A stretch of 64,000 nt of DNA, taken from the sequence record NC_104726.1, one strand, 5' to 3'. The stretch comes from a phage. Shown in pieces: positions 18,044 to 28,142 of this stretch. Below the pieces are notes generated by a model. That model had not been told where the DNA came from. It ran no database searches and saw only the letters and a program-made list of their open reading frames with translations. The first letter of the stretch is position 1; every line of letters starts with the position of its first letter. The translations under genes were made by a program, and so were the position numbers.

Positions 18044-18517
18044 ATGGAGACAGATATGAGTAATGTTATGATTCCTAAAAAGACATTTATTTCAGTTACT
18101 TTAGATTTCCTAGCTACCGTCCCTGGGTTTAACGTTCGCACACGAAACGGTCTCCGAGCTGCACTCTTTGCCGTAGGGTTTGATTTAAAAAGTATTGATG
18201 TTCTTCGTGGAAAAAACGTTCGATGCAAAAATAAGCCAACACATTATCGAAAGGCAGATGTATTTGCTGGTGTTATGCGTGCAGACTTTAGATACCCGCA
18301 AATGTATAACGGTGTAGATATTTTAGATGTGGATAAAGCACCTGGTGAGGCAATGCTTGTTCAAGATCTCCCGTATGATATCCCAGTAGAGGATCGTGTT
18401 AATGTAAGAAAGTATACAAAACAATCTGAAAAGGCTGAAGATATTCATATTGTTGATGAACCTTTCAATTTTGAAGATCTGCATCGCCTGGAAAAATTAT
18501 TCGGTATTGAAAGCTAA
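18044..18517 (+). CDS. hypothetical protein
   Basis: Start moved downstream of the promoter -10 (track start 18017 lies inside the promoter); alternative ATG at 18056. Confidence 0.5.
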   Translation: METDMSNVMIPKKTFISVTLDFLATVPGFNVRTRNGLRAALFAVGFDLKSIDVLRGKNVRCKNKPTHYRKADVFAGVMRADFRYPQMYNGVDILDVDKAPGEAMLVQDLPYDIPVEDRVNVRKYTKQSEKAEDIHIVDEPFNFEDLHRLEKLFGIES

Positions 18518-18527
18518 GGTGGTGAAG

Positions 18528-18758
18528 ATGAGTCATAACTCCAAGTGGAAGGATCTTGGTTTTGCAAGTCGGGCAGAATATGTTGGTTGGCTTTGGTTCA
18601 ACGGCCTGACAAACGATATTAAAATGTATGATGATGTTTATTATGACGAGTATACAGGCAAAATTATAAATATCTCTGTAGAAGAGGATACCTTTATCCA
18701 GCAAGATACTGATACCTGCCTTGATAAATACGTTAATGAAGTGGAGGAAGCAAATTGA
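18528..18758 (+). CDS. hypothetical protein (76 aa)
   Basis: ATG after AAGGTGGTGAAG SD; track ORF extended upstream into previous gene. Confidence 0.45.
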   Translation: MSHNSKWKDLGFASRAEYVGWLWFNGLTNDIKMYDDVYYDEYTGKIINISVEEDTFIQQDTDTCLDKYVNEVEEAN

Positions 18759-21070
18759 TCACCAAGGTAATTAAAAGCAACGGATGTGAAGTGGCATTCG
18801 ATCCAGAACGTTTAAATAAGGCAGCTATTTTCGGTGACGACGGTAACGGCAATTGGTCACATATTGCACTGGATGCATACAAACGACTGTATGATGGATG
18901 CACAACCAAAGAAGTTAACCAAGCTATTATAGACTCCTGTGTTAGCCGTAAAGACGAAGCACATTCCCGTATGGCTGGTCGTGTTCTTATTGGTCAGATT
19001 TATAAAGAGGCTTTTGGAGGGTTTACAAAGATCCCTTCCTTACCATCATTTTACAACGACATGGTTGAGAAAGGGTATTGGGAGGATATGGGTTATAGCT
19101 TTACCGAGTTAAACACTTTAGGCACTGTTATTGATCACAGTAAAGATCTCGGTTATGGCTATGCAGTCCTTAAACAGTTTCGCGACAAATACGGGATCAA
19201 GGATACTCTTAAAGACACCTTGTTTGAATCTCCTCAGATGATGTTTATGGGGATAGCAATGGCTGTCATGAAGAATATGCCGAAAGAACGTCGTATCAAC
19301 GATGTTGTAAAATTATACACTTATCTGTCCGACTTAAAGATCAATGCCCCGACACCGTACTTAAACGGTCTGCGCACAGGTAAGACAGGGTATGCATCTT
19401 GTTGTGTAATAAAAGCTGACGATACAGCAAAATCTATTGGTGTGGCACGTGAAGTTGCGTACACAATGACGGTTAACCAAGCAGGTATCGGCTACTACTT
19501 ATCCTCAAGATCTGCAGGCGATGGTGTTCGTGGTAACACTATTAAACATATGGGTAAGATTCCATATTATCGAGGTATTGATGCTGGGGTTAAGGAGAAC
19601 AGACAACAATCACGTGGTGGTTCTGCAACAGTATCATTCCTTGCACTGGACCCGCAGATTGATGAGCTAATCCGTTTGAGAAACCCTATGACTGTTGCTT
19701 CAAAAAGAATCAACACCATGGACTACTCCATCGGTATTAATAGGTCGTTTATCAACCGTGTGGCTAAGAATTTGGATTGGATGCTTGTTTCTTATAAGCA
19801 CGCGCCTCAACTGCATGAGGGTATCTTCACCATGTCTATGGAGGAGTTTGATGCAGAGGTTGATCGTATCGCTAAAGATGACAGTATTCCTAAAACATGG
19901 ATCCGAGCTAGAGATCTTGCTGTTGAGCTGATCACGCAGCGTACCGAGGTGGGAAGACTGTACGTATACTGGACAGATGAGATGAATAGACATACACCTT
20001 TTAAAGATGTGATCTATTCAAGTAACCTGTGTGCAGAAATAGCTCTCCCGACAAAAGGCTATTCAGATATGCGTAATATCTTCAAGCACGATGTTGATGA
20101 TGGCGAAGTTGCATTGTGCTTCCTGTCATCTCTTGTAGCTGGGAGGGTTACCCCAGAGGAGTATGAGGATGTTGCATACTACACGGTGCTTATGATTGAC
20201 AATGTTATGGAAATCATGACATATCCGTATGAAAATATGGAGAGCACTGTTAAAAAACGCAGATCCATCGGGGTTGGCCTTACCAATGTTGCACATTTTA
20301 TTGCCAGCCACAAGGTTACTTACGGATCTCCTGAAAGTAAACAGCTTGTTCACGATCTTGCAGAACTTCACAGCTACAGCTTGCATAAGGCAAGTTTACG
20401 GTTGGCAAAAGAGCGTGGTGTCTGCGAGTGGATGCATAAGACAAAATATCCAGAAGGTTGGTTACCAATCGACACCTATAACAAAGAGGTCGATAGCGTG
20501 GTGAAAGATCCTTCTCTTAAACAGGATTGGGAAGGGTTACGTAAAGAGATCATTGAAAATGGTGGGCTACGTAATAGCGTTCTTGAAGCATATATGCCTA
20601 ATGAAAGCTCTTCGCTGGCAACAAACACCACTAACGGGGTTTATCCTGTCCGTGAGCACATTATCTTTAAAAAGTCGCCACAAGGGCAGGTGCTGTTTAT
20701 CGTTCCTGACTATGATGAGTTGAAAGAGTATTACACTTCGGCTTGGGATGTTGATACTAACGACATGATCGATATGTATGCTGTGATTCAAAAATTCACA
20801 GGTCAGGCAATCAGCGCGGATTTGTACATAGACTACACCAAGTTGAAAGATGGTAAAATTTCAATGAAGGAGCAGCTAGGGTACCTTATCCGTGCCACTA
20901 AATTCGGAATGAAGACATGGTATTATTTAAACTCTAGGGTTGGTGCTGGCGACTCCTTGGCAGAGGAACTTCATGCCAAGAAACAGGCTGAAGATGAAAC
21001 CAGAAAGAACTATCCTTTGAATGCAGATAGTTCAGTTGAAGATCAGTATTGCGAAAGTTGTGCACTATAA
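18755..21070 (+). CDS. nrdA: ribonucleoside-diphosphate reductase large subunit
   Basis: N-terminal ATP-cone (VIKSNGCEVAFDPERL), class I active-site NLCAEIALPT; 771 aa. Confidence 0.9.
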   Translation: MITKVIKSNGCEVAFDPERLNKAAIFGDDGNGNWSHIALDAYKRLYDGCTTKEVNQAIIDSCVSRKDEAHSRMAGRVLIGQIYKEAFGGFTKIPSLPSFYNDMVEKGYWEDMGYSFTELNTLGTVIDHSKDLGYGYAVLKQFRDKYGIKDTLKDTLFESPQMMFMGIAMAVMKNMPKERRINDVVKLYTYLSDLKINAPTPYLNGLRTGKTGYASCCVIKADDTAKSIGVAREVAYTMTVNQAGIGYYLSSRSAGDGVRGNTIKHMGKIPYYRGIDAGVKENRQQSRGGSATVSFLALDPQIDELIRLRNPMTVASKRINTMDYSIGINRSFINRVAKNLDWMLVSYKHAPQLHEGIFTMSMEEFDAEVDRIAKDDSIPKTWIRARDLAVELITQRTEVGRLYVYWTDEMNRHTPFKDVIYSSNLCAEIALPTKGYSDMRNIFKHDVDDGEVALCFLSSLVAGRVTPEEYEDVAYYTVLMIDNVMEIMTYPYENMESTVKKRRSIGVGLTNVAHFIASHKVTYGSPESKQLVHDLAELHSYSLHKASLRLAKERGVCEWMHKTKYPEGWLPIDTYNKEVDSVVKDPSLKQDWEGLRKEIIENGGLRNSVLEAYMPNESSSLATNTTNGVYPVREHIIFKKSPQGQVLFIVPDYDELKEYYTSAWDVDTNDMIDMYAVIQKFTGQAISADLYIDYTKLKDGKISMKEQLGYLIRATKFGMKTWYYLNSRVGAGDSLAEELHAKKQAEDETRKNYPLNADSSVEDQYCESCAL

Positions 21071-21077
21071 TTTTAAA

Positions 21078-21097
21078 GGGGCTTCGGCCCCATTTTA
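21078..21097 (+). terminator. hairpin (attenuator/terminator-like) between nrdA and nrdB
   Basis: ggggc-ttcg-gcccc followed by attttag. Confidence 0.4.
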
Positions 21098-21109
21098 GAG
21101 GTTAGAATA

Positions 21110-22198
21110 ATGGCTGTATTTAATGCTGAGAACACCGCTCATAAAACTGGTGACTATCCGCTGTTTCTAGGACAGCAAATGGGTATGTACGACTCTATCA
21201 ACAAAAAATATCCACAACTGTTTGAACTATACAAAAAACAAAAAGAGCAAGATTGGGCAGAGGATGAAGTGGATTTGTCGCAATCTATTTCAGATTTTGT
21301 AACATGCTCAAAGTCAACTTATGACGTGATGGTGCAGACCTTGATGTGGCAATGGGAGGCTGATAGCGTTGCGGCAAGATCGATCATCTGCCTCTTTTCA
21401 CCATTCATCACTAATAGTGAGCTTTTCACTCTATTGATGAAACAGTCAGAGATTGAAGTTCTTCACGCACTAACTTACTCAGAGATTGTTAGACAATGCC
21501 TCCCCAATGCCCGTGAGATTATAGAAGAGATTCAGGAAAACCAAAACGTTCTGAGCAGATCCGGCGTTATTGTCAAATACATGCAAGAGCTTGAGGTTAT
21601 TGGTGCAAAATACCGCCTGGATCCTTCTAGTGTTGAAGAAGATATTGTGCGGAAATGCATTCTTAGAGCGCTTTTTGCACTTTTAGCCCTGGAAAGTATT
21701 GAGTTTATTGCAAGTTTTGCATGCACTTTCGCAGTAGCTGAACAGGGTATTTTTGTTCAGGTGGCGCAGCTTGTTCAAAAAATCATGCTTGACGAAATGC
21801 TACATTCGAAAGGTGATTTTGCCATCATTGATATCTTGCTTAACGATCCCGCATGGGAGAAAAGCTTCCTGGAGATAAAAGGGGAGTTAAAAGAGATTCT
21901 TGATGAAGTACGAACCAAAGAGTACGGTTGGAGTGACTATATTTTCAGCGAAGGAAGAGCGATTATAGGTCTTAACTCACCGTTGCTTAAAGAATGGGTT
22001 GACTATAACTGCTCACCGATTTATGATTACTACGACATCGACAAAGACTTTGTGCCGCCAACAAAGGACCCGCTACCGTTTATGCAGGTGTGGATGAAAC
22101 CTTCATTGCAACAGACGGCGAACCAAGAAATGTCGAACACTGACTACCGCGTCAACACAACTGTTAACGACGCTGAAGAAGAAATTTGGGAGTTTTAA
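21110..22198 (+). CDS. nrdB: ribonucleoside-diphosphate reductase small subunit
   Basis: Position directly after nrdA, 362 aa, ferritin-like helical composition with E/H-rich segments. Confidence 0.8.
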   Translation: MAVFNAENTAHKTGDYPLFLGQQMGMYDSINKKYPQLFELYKKQKEQDWAEDEVDLSQSISDFVTCSKSTYDVMVQTLMWQWEADSVAARSIICLFSPFITNSELFTLLMKQSEIEVLHALTYSEIVRQCLPNAREIIEEIQENQNVLSRSGVIVKYMQELEVIGAKYRLDPSSVEEDIVRKCILRALFALLALESIEFIASFACTFAVAEQGIFVQVAQLVQKIMLDEMLHSKGDFAIIDILLNDPAWEKSFLEIKGELKEILDEVRTKEYGWSDYIFSEGRAIIGLNSPLLKEWVDYNCSPIYDYYDIDKDFVPPTKDPLPFMQVWMKPSLQQTANQEMSNTDYRVNTTVNDAEEEIWEF

Positions 22199-22201
22199 TA
22201 T

Positions 22202-22480
22202 ATGAGCTGCGAAAAATCTTTTTTCATCATCATTTACGGTAAGGATAACTGCCCACATTGTGTCAGAGCAAAAGAATTTGCAATCAGCAAAGGTCTGCCT
22301 TTTGTATATAAGACACTTGGCGAGGGCTACACAAAAGAAGAGCTTATTGAGAAGTGTAGTCCAATCGTCCCCCGAACGTTGCCGCAGATCTTCTTAGAAA
22401 GCGATCTTGACAGTATCCATATAGGCGGTGCCGACGATTTCATCTCTTTTGTTAAGAATGGTTTTGGAGAGAAAAAGTGA
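22202..22480 (+). CDS. glutaredoxin/thioredoxin-like redoxin
   Basis: CPHC active-site motif near N-terminus, 92 aa, between nrdB and nrdD. Confidence 0.7.
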   Translation: MSCEKSFFIIIYGKDNCPHCVRAKEFAISKGLPFVYKTLGEGYTKEELIEKCSPIVPRTLPQIFLESDLDSIHIGGADDFISFVKNGFGEKK

Positions 22481-23337
22481 AAGTTGTAAAACGGGACGGT
22501 AGAGAAGAGTTCTATAACGGAATTAAGGTGATCAAGGCGGCAGAGTCCGCCTTACTTGAGTCTGGACATACTGAAGAAGAAGCTTACCGGATCGCTTGTG
22601 CGGTTAATGAAGTTGTTGCTAACAATCTGCCAACCGACCAGTGCACGATCTCTGTAAAAAATATCCATATCCTTGTTGAAGATGCTCTTATGGATATGGG
22701 TTTAAAATGTGCAGCCAGAGAATACATCCAGTATAGACAGACAAGAGATAATAACAGAGAGGCAGGTGGAAAACTGCTTGCAGATATTAGTGGCTTCTTG
22801 GATCGAACTTGTGATGAATTTACAAAAGAAAACGCAAATAAGCCTACTAATCATGTACACACTCATCGCGACCTGCTTGCAGGTATTCTTAGCAAACACC
22901 TTGCATCAACACAGATCCTGCCAGACCGTGTCTCCGAAGAGCACAATAAAGGCTTCATCCATGTGCATGATCTTGACTACTTGATCAGTCCGTTAACAAA
23001 CTGTTGCTTGGTAAATTATCCAGATATGTTGGAAAACGGATTCAACATTGGTAACGCCCATGTCAGTAAGCCGAAGTCAATAGGGGTTGCAACAACAATC
23101 CTTAGCCAAATCTCTAGTGCGGTAGCTAGTGCTCAATATGGTGGTCAGACTATGAGCCATATTGATCATTATCTGGCACAGTATGCTGAAGCGACCTATG
23201 AGAAGAACCTTAAATTTTGCCAGGAACATTGGTTGCCAGATGCTGAAACTGTTGCAATGCAAATGACAGATAAAGACGTGTTTGACAGCATGCAGACGTT
23301 GCTTTATCAGATCAACACACTAACCTCGGTAAACGGT
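22477..23337 (+). CDS. nrdD: anaerobic ribonucleoside-triphosphate reductase, exon 1
   Basis: ATP-cone N-terminus; ORF ends in stop TAA at the first three intron bases; T4 NrdD-like sequence continues in exon 2. Confidence 0.85.
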
Positions 23338-23594
23338 TAACAAACTGGCCGTTTTAAAACTCTGCTAACCTTAGTATGAGGGGTCAGCTGATCGCTGGCT
23401 AACGGGGAACGCTAAGGCGAAAGCTATGCCAATCCCGTGACTAGCTTCACAAGGAGTGAGGCGGTTGTAACGACTAACCTTTTGGTGTAGGGATTATGGA
23501 AGATTCCGAAACGCAGGGGTCTGATTAAGAATCACACGGTGTGATTTCAGGCAAGAGATAGTCTGGCCTTGTGGAAACATAAGGGTGGGGACCG
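23338..23594 (+). other. group I self-splicing intron (no internal ORF) in nrdD
   Basis: Exon 1 ends in U; internal guide gccguu pairs with exon end aacggu (U-G at splice site); intron ends in G; P/Q/S-like core elements; splicing restores ...SVNG|QTPF... in frame. Confidence 0.8.
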
Positions 23595-24857
23595 CAAACC
23601 CCTTTTATCACATTAAGTTTAGGACTGGATACCTCGGTCTTTGGTAGAATGATTACCAAAAATTACTTGAAAGTCCACAAAATGGGTCTTGGTGAAGAAC
23701 GGATCACACCTGTGTTCCCTAAAGTGCTGTTCTTCCTAGAAGAGGGTGTCAACATGAACCCTGAGGATCCTAACTATGATTTGAAACGATTAGCTCTGGA
23801 ATGCTGTGCAGAACGTATCTACCCTGACTTCGTATCTGTACCACTAAATAGAAAAGTGACAGGCTCGACAGATGGCAAAGTAACGAGCATGGGTTGCCGG
23901 AGTTTTCTTAGCAAATACAGTGACTTGGAAACAGGCGAGGAGAAATATCTTGGCAGATTTAACTTAGGCGTTGTTAGCCTTAACCTACCAATGATTGCGG
24001 CAAAAGCTAAGACGGAAGGTGTTGATTTCTTTGCAGTTCTTGACGAATACTTGGATCTTGCATACGAGGCTCACCTTGTAAGGGTTAACCGTCTAAAAGG
24101 AACAAAGGCAGGGCAGAACCCCATCATGTGGTGTGAAGGAGCTCTTGCTCGCCTGGATCCTGAAGAGAGTATTGATAAACTCTTCTATGACGGGTACGCT
24201 TCCATCAGCATTGGGTATATTGGTGTGTATGAAACCTGTCAGATTTTGGGTAGAGAGGGTGACAAGGCTTTAGCTCTTGGAATCCTTCAGCACATGAGAG
24301 ATGCTTGTGAGCGATACAAGAAGGAAAGTAGACTAGCGTTTAGCTTGTACGGCACTCCTTCTGAGAGTCTATGCTATAAAGCTGCAACCTGTCTGGATCG
24401 TGAATATCCGGAAGTGTTGAAGCACGAGCATGAATATCTCACCAACAGTTTCCATCAGCCAGTATGGATCAATAGCTCTCCTTTTGATAAGTGGGAGTAT
24501 GAGGAAGGTTTTGCTATGATCTCCTCCGGTGGCAACATCGGATACGTAGAGACACCTAACCTGAAAAACAACCTTGATGCTTTAGAGGCTCTTGTTGACT
24601 TCGGGTATAAACACATTATGTATTTTGGTATTAACCAACCTGTGGATAAATGTCTCAAGTGTGGTTTCTCTGGTGAGTTCAGTGCAACAGCTAAAGGGTT
24701 CTGCTGCCCTGCGTGCGGATGCCACGATGAACAATATATCTCAGTGATCCGAAGAGTGTCTGGATACCTTTCCAGTCCTAACTCCCGTCCTTACAATAAA
24801 GGTAAGCAAGCGGAAGTTATCGAGCGAGTTAAGCACTACGGAAGTTGTGGTTGCTGA
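23595..24857 (+). CDS. nrdD: anaerobic ribonucleoside-triphosphate reductase, exon 2
   Basis: Glycyl-radical motif RRVSGYL near C-terminus; zinc site CLKCGF...CPACGC; frame continuous with exon 1 after intron removal. Confidence 0.85.
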   Translation, partial: QTPFITLSLGLDTSVFGRMITKNYLKVHKMGLGEERITPVFPKVLFFLEEGVNMNPEDPNYDLKRLALECCAERIYPDFVSVPLNRKVTGSTDGKVTSMGCRSFLSKYSDLETGEEKYLGRFNLGVVSLNLPMIAAKAKTEGVDFFAVLDEYLDLAYEAHLVRVNRLKGTKAGQNPIMWCEGALARLDPEESIDKLFYDGYASISIGYIGVYETCQILGREGDKALALGILQHMRDACERYKKESRLAFSLYGTPSESLCYKAATCLDREYPEVLKHEHEYLTNSFHQPVWINSSPFDKWEYEEGFAMISSGGNIGYVETPNLKNNLDALEALVDFGYKHIMYFGINQPVDKCLKCGFSGEFSATAKGFCCPACGCHDEQYISVIRRVSGYLSSPNSRPYNKGKQAEVIERVKHYGSCGC

Positions 24858-24923
24858 TACTTGACAAAAGCCACAAGGATGTGGCACCCTTAGTTCAAAG
24901 ACGAGAACTAAGAGGATTCAGCA

Positions 24924-26084
24924 GTGAGAAAACTTACAACCGAAGATTTTATAGAGGGGGCGAAAGCAGTTCATGGTGATAAATATGATTATTCCAAAGT
25001 CAAATATGTGGGTGCACACACCAAGGTTGTAATTATATGCCCTGAGCATGGAGAATTTAAGAAAACTCTTGGAGATCACCTCCGTAAAAAACAGGGTTGC
25101 CCAAAATGTCAGATTGAAGCAGAAAGAGCGGCTTCTGCTGAAAAATTTAAAGCGGAGGCCGAGGCTAAGTATAATTATAAATATGATTACTCTAAGGTAG
25201 AGTATGTAAATGCTAAAACTAAAGTTGTGATTGTTTGTCCTGTTCACGGCGAGTTTGAGCAAAAGCCTGATAACCATCTCCGCGAGGGGGGTTGCCGTAA
25301 GTGTGGAGGAACTGAGAGAAAGACTACTGAAGAGTGGATCGCTGAGGCAAAAGCGCTTCATGGCGATAAGTATGATTACTCTCTTGTAAATTATAAAACC
25401 GGTAATGATAAAGTGGAGATAATCTGTAATACATGTGGTGCTCACTTCCCACAAAGACCTCATGACCATGCACCAAGTGGAAAAGGTTGCCCCGAGTGCG
25501 GGAAGAAGAAGGTGGCCGAGGTTAGTAGGAAGACGCAGAGAAAGAAAGCATCTGAGGTAGCTAAAAGGTTTGAGGCAAGAGCCAGAGCTATCCATAAAGA
25601 TAAATACGATTATTCCGGGGTGGAATATGTTAATAGGGAGACAGAGGTCACTATCATCTGTCCGATTCACGGGGAGTTCACACAAAAACCGTTTGTCCAC
25701 ATCAACCAAAAAGCTGGCTGTCAAAAATGTGCTAAAGTCGGCTTCTTATCTCATGAACATGGTAGCCTTTATATCATGGTTGACGATCTGGAAGTACCAA
25801 CTATGATGAAAATTGGTGTGAGTGTCCGGGTAGATGAACGAAGAAAAGATGTGTTAAAAAGAGCTAAAAAAGCTGGTGCTAGATTCTCTGATCTACATGT
25901 TATAAAAACTTGGGAAGGAACAACAGACGACATGCAAACTTTAGAAAAAGCTATGCACCAAGCCTTGAGCCAATACAAAATCAACTTCACAGAGAAGTTT
26001 GATGGCTGTCGAGAGTTCTTCTACTACAGACCGGAGGTATTCGAGCTAGTAGAAGAACATTTGAAGAAATTTGCTAATAAATAA
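24924..26084 (+). CDS. zinc-ribbon-repeat protein with C-terminal T5orf172/GIY-YIG-like domain (putative free-standing homing endonuclease)
   Basis: Four about 60-aa repeats of HGDKYDYSxVxY...KVxIICPxHGEF...GCPxC; C-terminal KIGVS...REFFYY; GTG start. Confidence 0.6.
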   Translation: MRKLTTEDFIEGAKAVHGDKYDYSKVKYVGAHTKVVIICPEHGEFKKTLGDHLRKKQGCPKCQIEAERAASAEKFKAEAEAKYNYKYDYSKVEYVNAKTKVVIVCPVHGEFEQKPDNHLREGGCRKCGGTERKTTEEWIAEAKALHGDKYDYSLVNYKTGNDKVEIICNTCGAHFPQRPHDHAPSGKGCPECGKKKVAEVSRKTQRKKASEVAKRFEARARAIHKDKYDYSGVEYVNRETEVTIICPIHGEFTQKPFVHINQKAGCQKCAKVGFLSHEHGSLYIMVDDLEVPTMMKIGVSVRVDERRKDVLKRAKKAGARFSDLHVIKTWEGTTDDMQTLEKAMHQALSQYKINFTEKFDGCREFFYYRPEVFELVEEHLKKFANK

Positions 26085-26145
26085 TAACACACAAAGGGCC
26101 AGCTTTATTCTAGCCCTTCAGTCCGTTGTAAATTAAGGAGTTGTT

Positions 26146-26271
26146 ATGTCATCTGGTGGCTTTAAAGTAAAAATTTGTAAACACTGCGGTTGTAAGTGCA
26201 ATCTTCGTTGGTGCAAGGCACTGGACGATTTTATTTGGCATTGCCCTAAATGTGATGCGGAGTATCTATGA
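26146..26271 (+). CDS. small zinc-ribbon protein (41 aa)
   Basis: CKHCGCKC...CPKCD; AAGGAG SD; stop overlaps nrdG start. Confidence 0.4.
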   Translation: MSSGGFKVKICKHCGCKCNLRWCKALDDFIWHCPKCDAEYL

Positions 26272-26741
26272 ATATTGCCGGATACACAGAAATATCTTAC
26301 ACCGAAGGGCCAGGTATTAGAACTGCCTTATGGGTATCTGGGTGCCCACACGCTTGCCCTGGTTGCTTTAATCAGGCATTTTGGTCAAAAGATAAGGGGA
26401 GAGAGTTTACTGAAGAAGACTTGCAAAAAATCTTGTCAGATTTAGATAACCCGTCTGTGTGCGGTATCTCTCTGCTGGGTGGAGAACCCTTAGCATACTA
26501 TAATGAGCCAGATATTATTAGCCTGATGGAGAAAATTAAGGAAAAATTTGGTGACAAGAAAACTATTCTTGTATATACTGGGTTCACATTTGACCATATC
26601 TCTAGTAATGTTCTTAAACTGGCTGATATCATCATTGACGGTAAGTATGTAAAAGATTTACCAACCAAGAAACCGTTCCGAGGTAGCGATAACCAAAGAA
26701 TGTTTAAAAAAGTAGCAGGCGGTTGGGTCCAGGTAGACTAG
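26268..26741 (+). CDS. nrdG: anaerobic ribonucleotide reductase activating protein (radical SAM)
   Basis: GCPHACPGC cysteine cluster near N-terminus; immediately follows nrdD region. Confidence 0.85.
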   Translation: MNIAGYTEISYTEGPGIRTALWVSGCPHACPGCFNQAFWSKDKGREFTEEDLQKILSDLDNPSVCGISLLGGEPLAYYNEPDIISLMEKIKEKFGDKKTILVYTGFTFDHISSNVLKLADIIIDGKYVKDLPTKKPFRGSDNQRMFKKVAGGWVQVD

Positions 26742-26744
26742 TTG

Positions 26745-26774
26745 TTGACAAAGCTTTGTTTAGATAGGTATAAT
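26745..26774 (+). promoter_or_regulatory. sigma70-type promoter (TTGACA-18-TATAAT)
   Basis: Read directly: ttgacaaagctttgtttagataggtataat. Confidence 0.55.
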
Positions 26775-26805
26775 TATCGTAAAATGAAAGCAGAGGAGGT
26801 GCCAA

Positions 26806-26919
26806 ATGGCTAAAAAAGCCTTGAAGAAGGCGTACAAGAAAGAGATTGCGCTTGAGCTTAAGAAAAAACACAAGCGTGAAAAGAAACATCATGAAGATGA
26901 AGAGGGGGTGCAACAGTGA
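26806..26919 (+). CDS. small lysine-rich protein (37 aa)
   Basis: GAGGAGG SD 6 nt upstream of ATG; stop overlaps next start. Confidence 0.4.
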   Translation: MAKKALKKAYKKEIALELKKKHKREKKHHEDEEGVQQ

Positions 26920-27266
26920 CACAAGAACGTATCGATTTGGCTAATAAGTTTGTAGATCTCATTTTGCCACGGTTAGTTACTCAACATGCAGATGCTATTT
27001 CTACTAATCTTGATGGCTTACGTCTAATGCTGAATCGCACAGATGACCCTCGTATTCGGGCTGATTTAGAAGCCTCTGCCAACAAACTGGAAAAGTTCTT
27101 GCAAGTAGGTACGCAAGAAGCCTTACACAAGATTATGGTGGAAGGTTTCTCTAAAGAATTTACCATTAAAGAGCTTAAGGAGCTGATCCACCAAGAAGAG
27201 ATGAATATCCGAGTTCAGGCTGTTGCAAGCAGCATGGAAGCGGCTATTGAAAAACTGTTGCAGTAA
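26916..27266 (+). CDS. hypothetical protein (116 aa)
   Basis: GTG start overlapping upstream stop. Confidence 0.45.
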   Translation: MTQERIDLANKFVDLILPRLVTQHADAISTNLDGLRLMLNRTDDPRIRADLEASANKLEKFLQVGTQEALHKIMVEGFSKEFTIKELKELIHQEEMNIRVQAVASSMEAAIEKLLQ

Positions 27267-27304
27267 AAGTTCCAGACACATCTCAATCTGAAAGGAGTCC
27301 CAAC

Positions 27305-28099
27305 ATGGGTCGAGCTAAAGAAACAAAACGCATGCGTGATGAAGCTAAAGAGGCTCGCAAATCTGATCGCCTGCGTAAAGCTGCTGAGAAATTTGCTGAA
27401 GAACGAGAGCACACAGCTCCAGCTCTCCGACCGATGAATAAAAAACAAGAGTATTATCTCCACCTTCTTAAAACTAAACAGTTAGTGATCGCAACAGGGC
27501 TGTTTGGCACAGGCAAGTCGTTTATGGCTGCAGCTTATGCTGCAGACCTGCTTCGTAAGAACGAGATTGATAGAATTATTGTTTGCCGCCCAAATGTTGA
27601 ATGTGGAAGCCATGGCACGGGGTTCAAACCTGGAGGTGTATTACAGAAAAACGAACCTTTCTTAAAATCAATTTTAGAAACTCTCAAAAAACGACTCGGA
27701 CCTGGTGCTTATAGTACGTTATTGGGAGACGGTCAGACTGGGCGCATCGAGGTGCAAGAGGTTGCAACAATCCGAGGTCGAGATTTCTCTGATCGTTGCA
27801 TCATCCTAGTTGATGAGTTTCAGTTGACAACCTGTGCAGAGGCTTTGGCAATTGCCACACGGCTTGGTGAGCATGCACAAATGATTTGCATGGGAGACTT
27901 ACGACAGAACGATCTCAAAGGCACCTCAGGACTTCAGTGGCTGATCGACTTTGTAACGAGGCACGAAATCAACGGTGTTGGTATCGTAGATTTTGACGAG
28001 CCAGAAGATGTGGTTCGCTCAGGTATTGGTAGACTGTTTGCACTAGGCCTTATGACTGACCGTAATAAAGGTGTGTGGACCCCTGAGGCAGGTTTATAA
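27305..28099 (+). CDS. phoH: PhoH-like ATPase
   Basis: Walker A GLFGTGKSF, Walker B ILVDEFQ, PhoH-like length and layout. Confidence 0.85.
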   Translation: MGRAKETKRMRDEAKEARKSDRLRKAAEKFAEEREHTAPALRPMNKKQEYYLHLLKTKQLVIATGLFGTGKSFMAAAYAADLLRKNEIDRIIVCRPNVECGSHGTGFKPGGVLQKNEPFLKSILETLKKRLGPGAYSTLLGDGQTGRIEVQEVATIRGRDFSDRCIILVDEFQLTTCAEALAIATRLGEHAQMICMGDLRQNDLKGTSGLQWLIDFVTRHEINGVGIVDFDEPEDVVRSGIGRLFALGLMTDRNKGVWTPEAGL

Positions 28100-28111
28100 T
28101 ATATATAGGAG

Positions 28112-28135
28112 AGAGGGTGATATTATTCACCCTCT
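28112..28135 (+). terminator. terminator-like hairpin
   Basis: agagggtga-loop-tcaccctct immediately after phoH stop. Confidence 0.4.
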
Positions 28136-28142
28136 ATTTAAG

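Noticed and set aside
23649-23700. Track start of the second nrdD ORF at ATG 23649 as an independent gene start
   Set aside because: The reading frame is open from about 23583 and the encoded QTPFITLSLG... segment upstream of 23649 matches NrdD as recalled; it is the 3' exon joined by intron splicing, not a separate gene.
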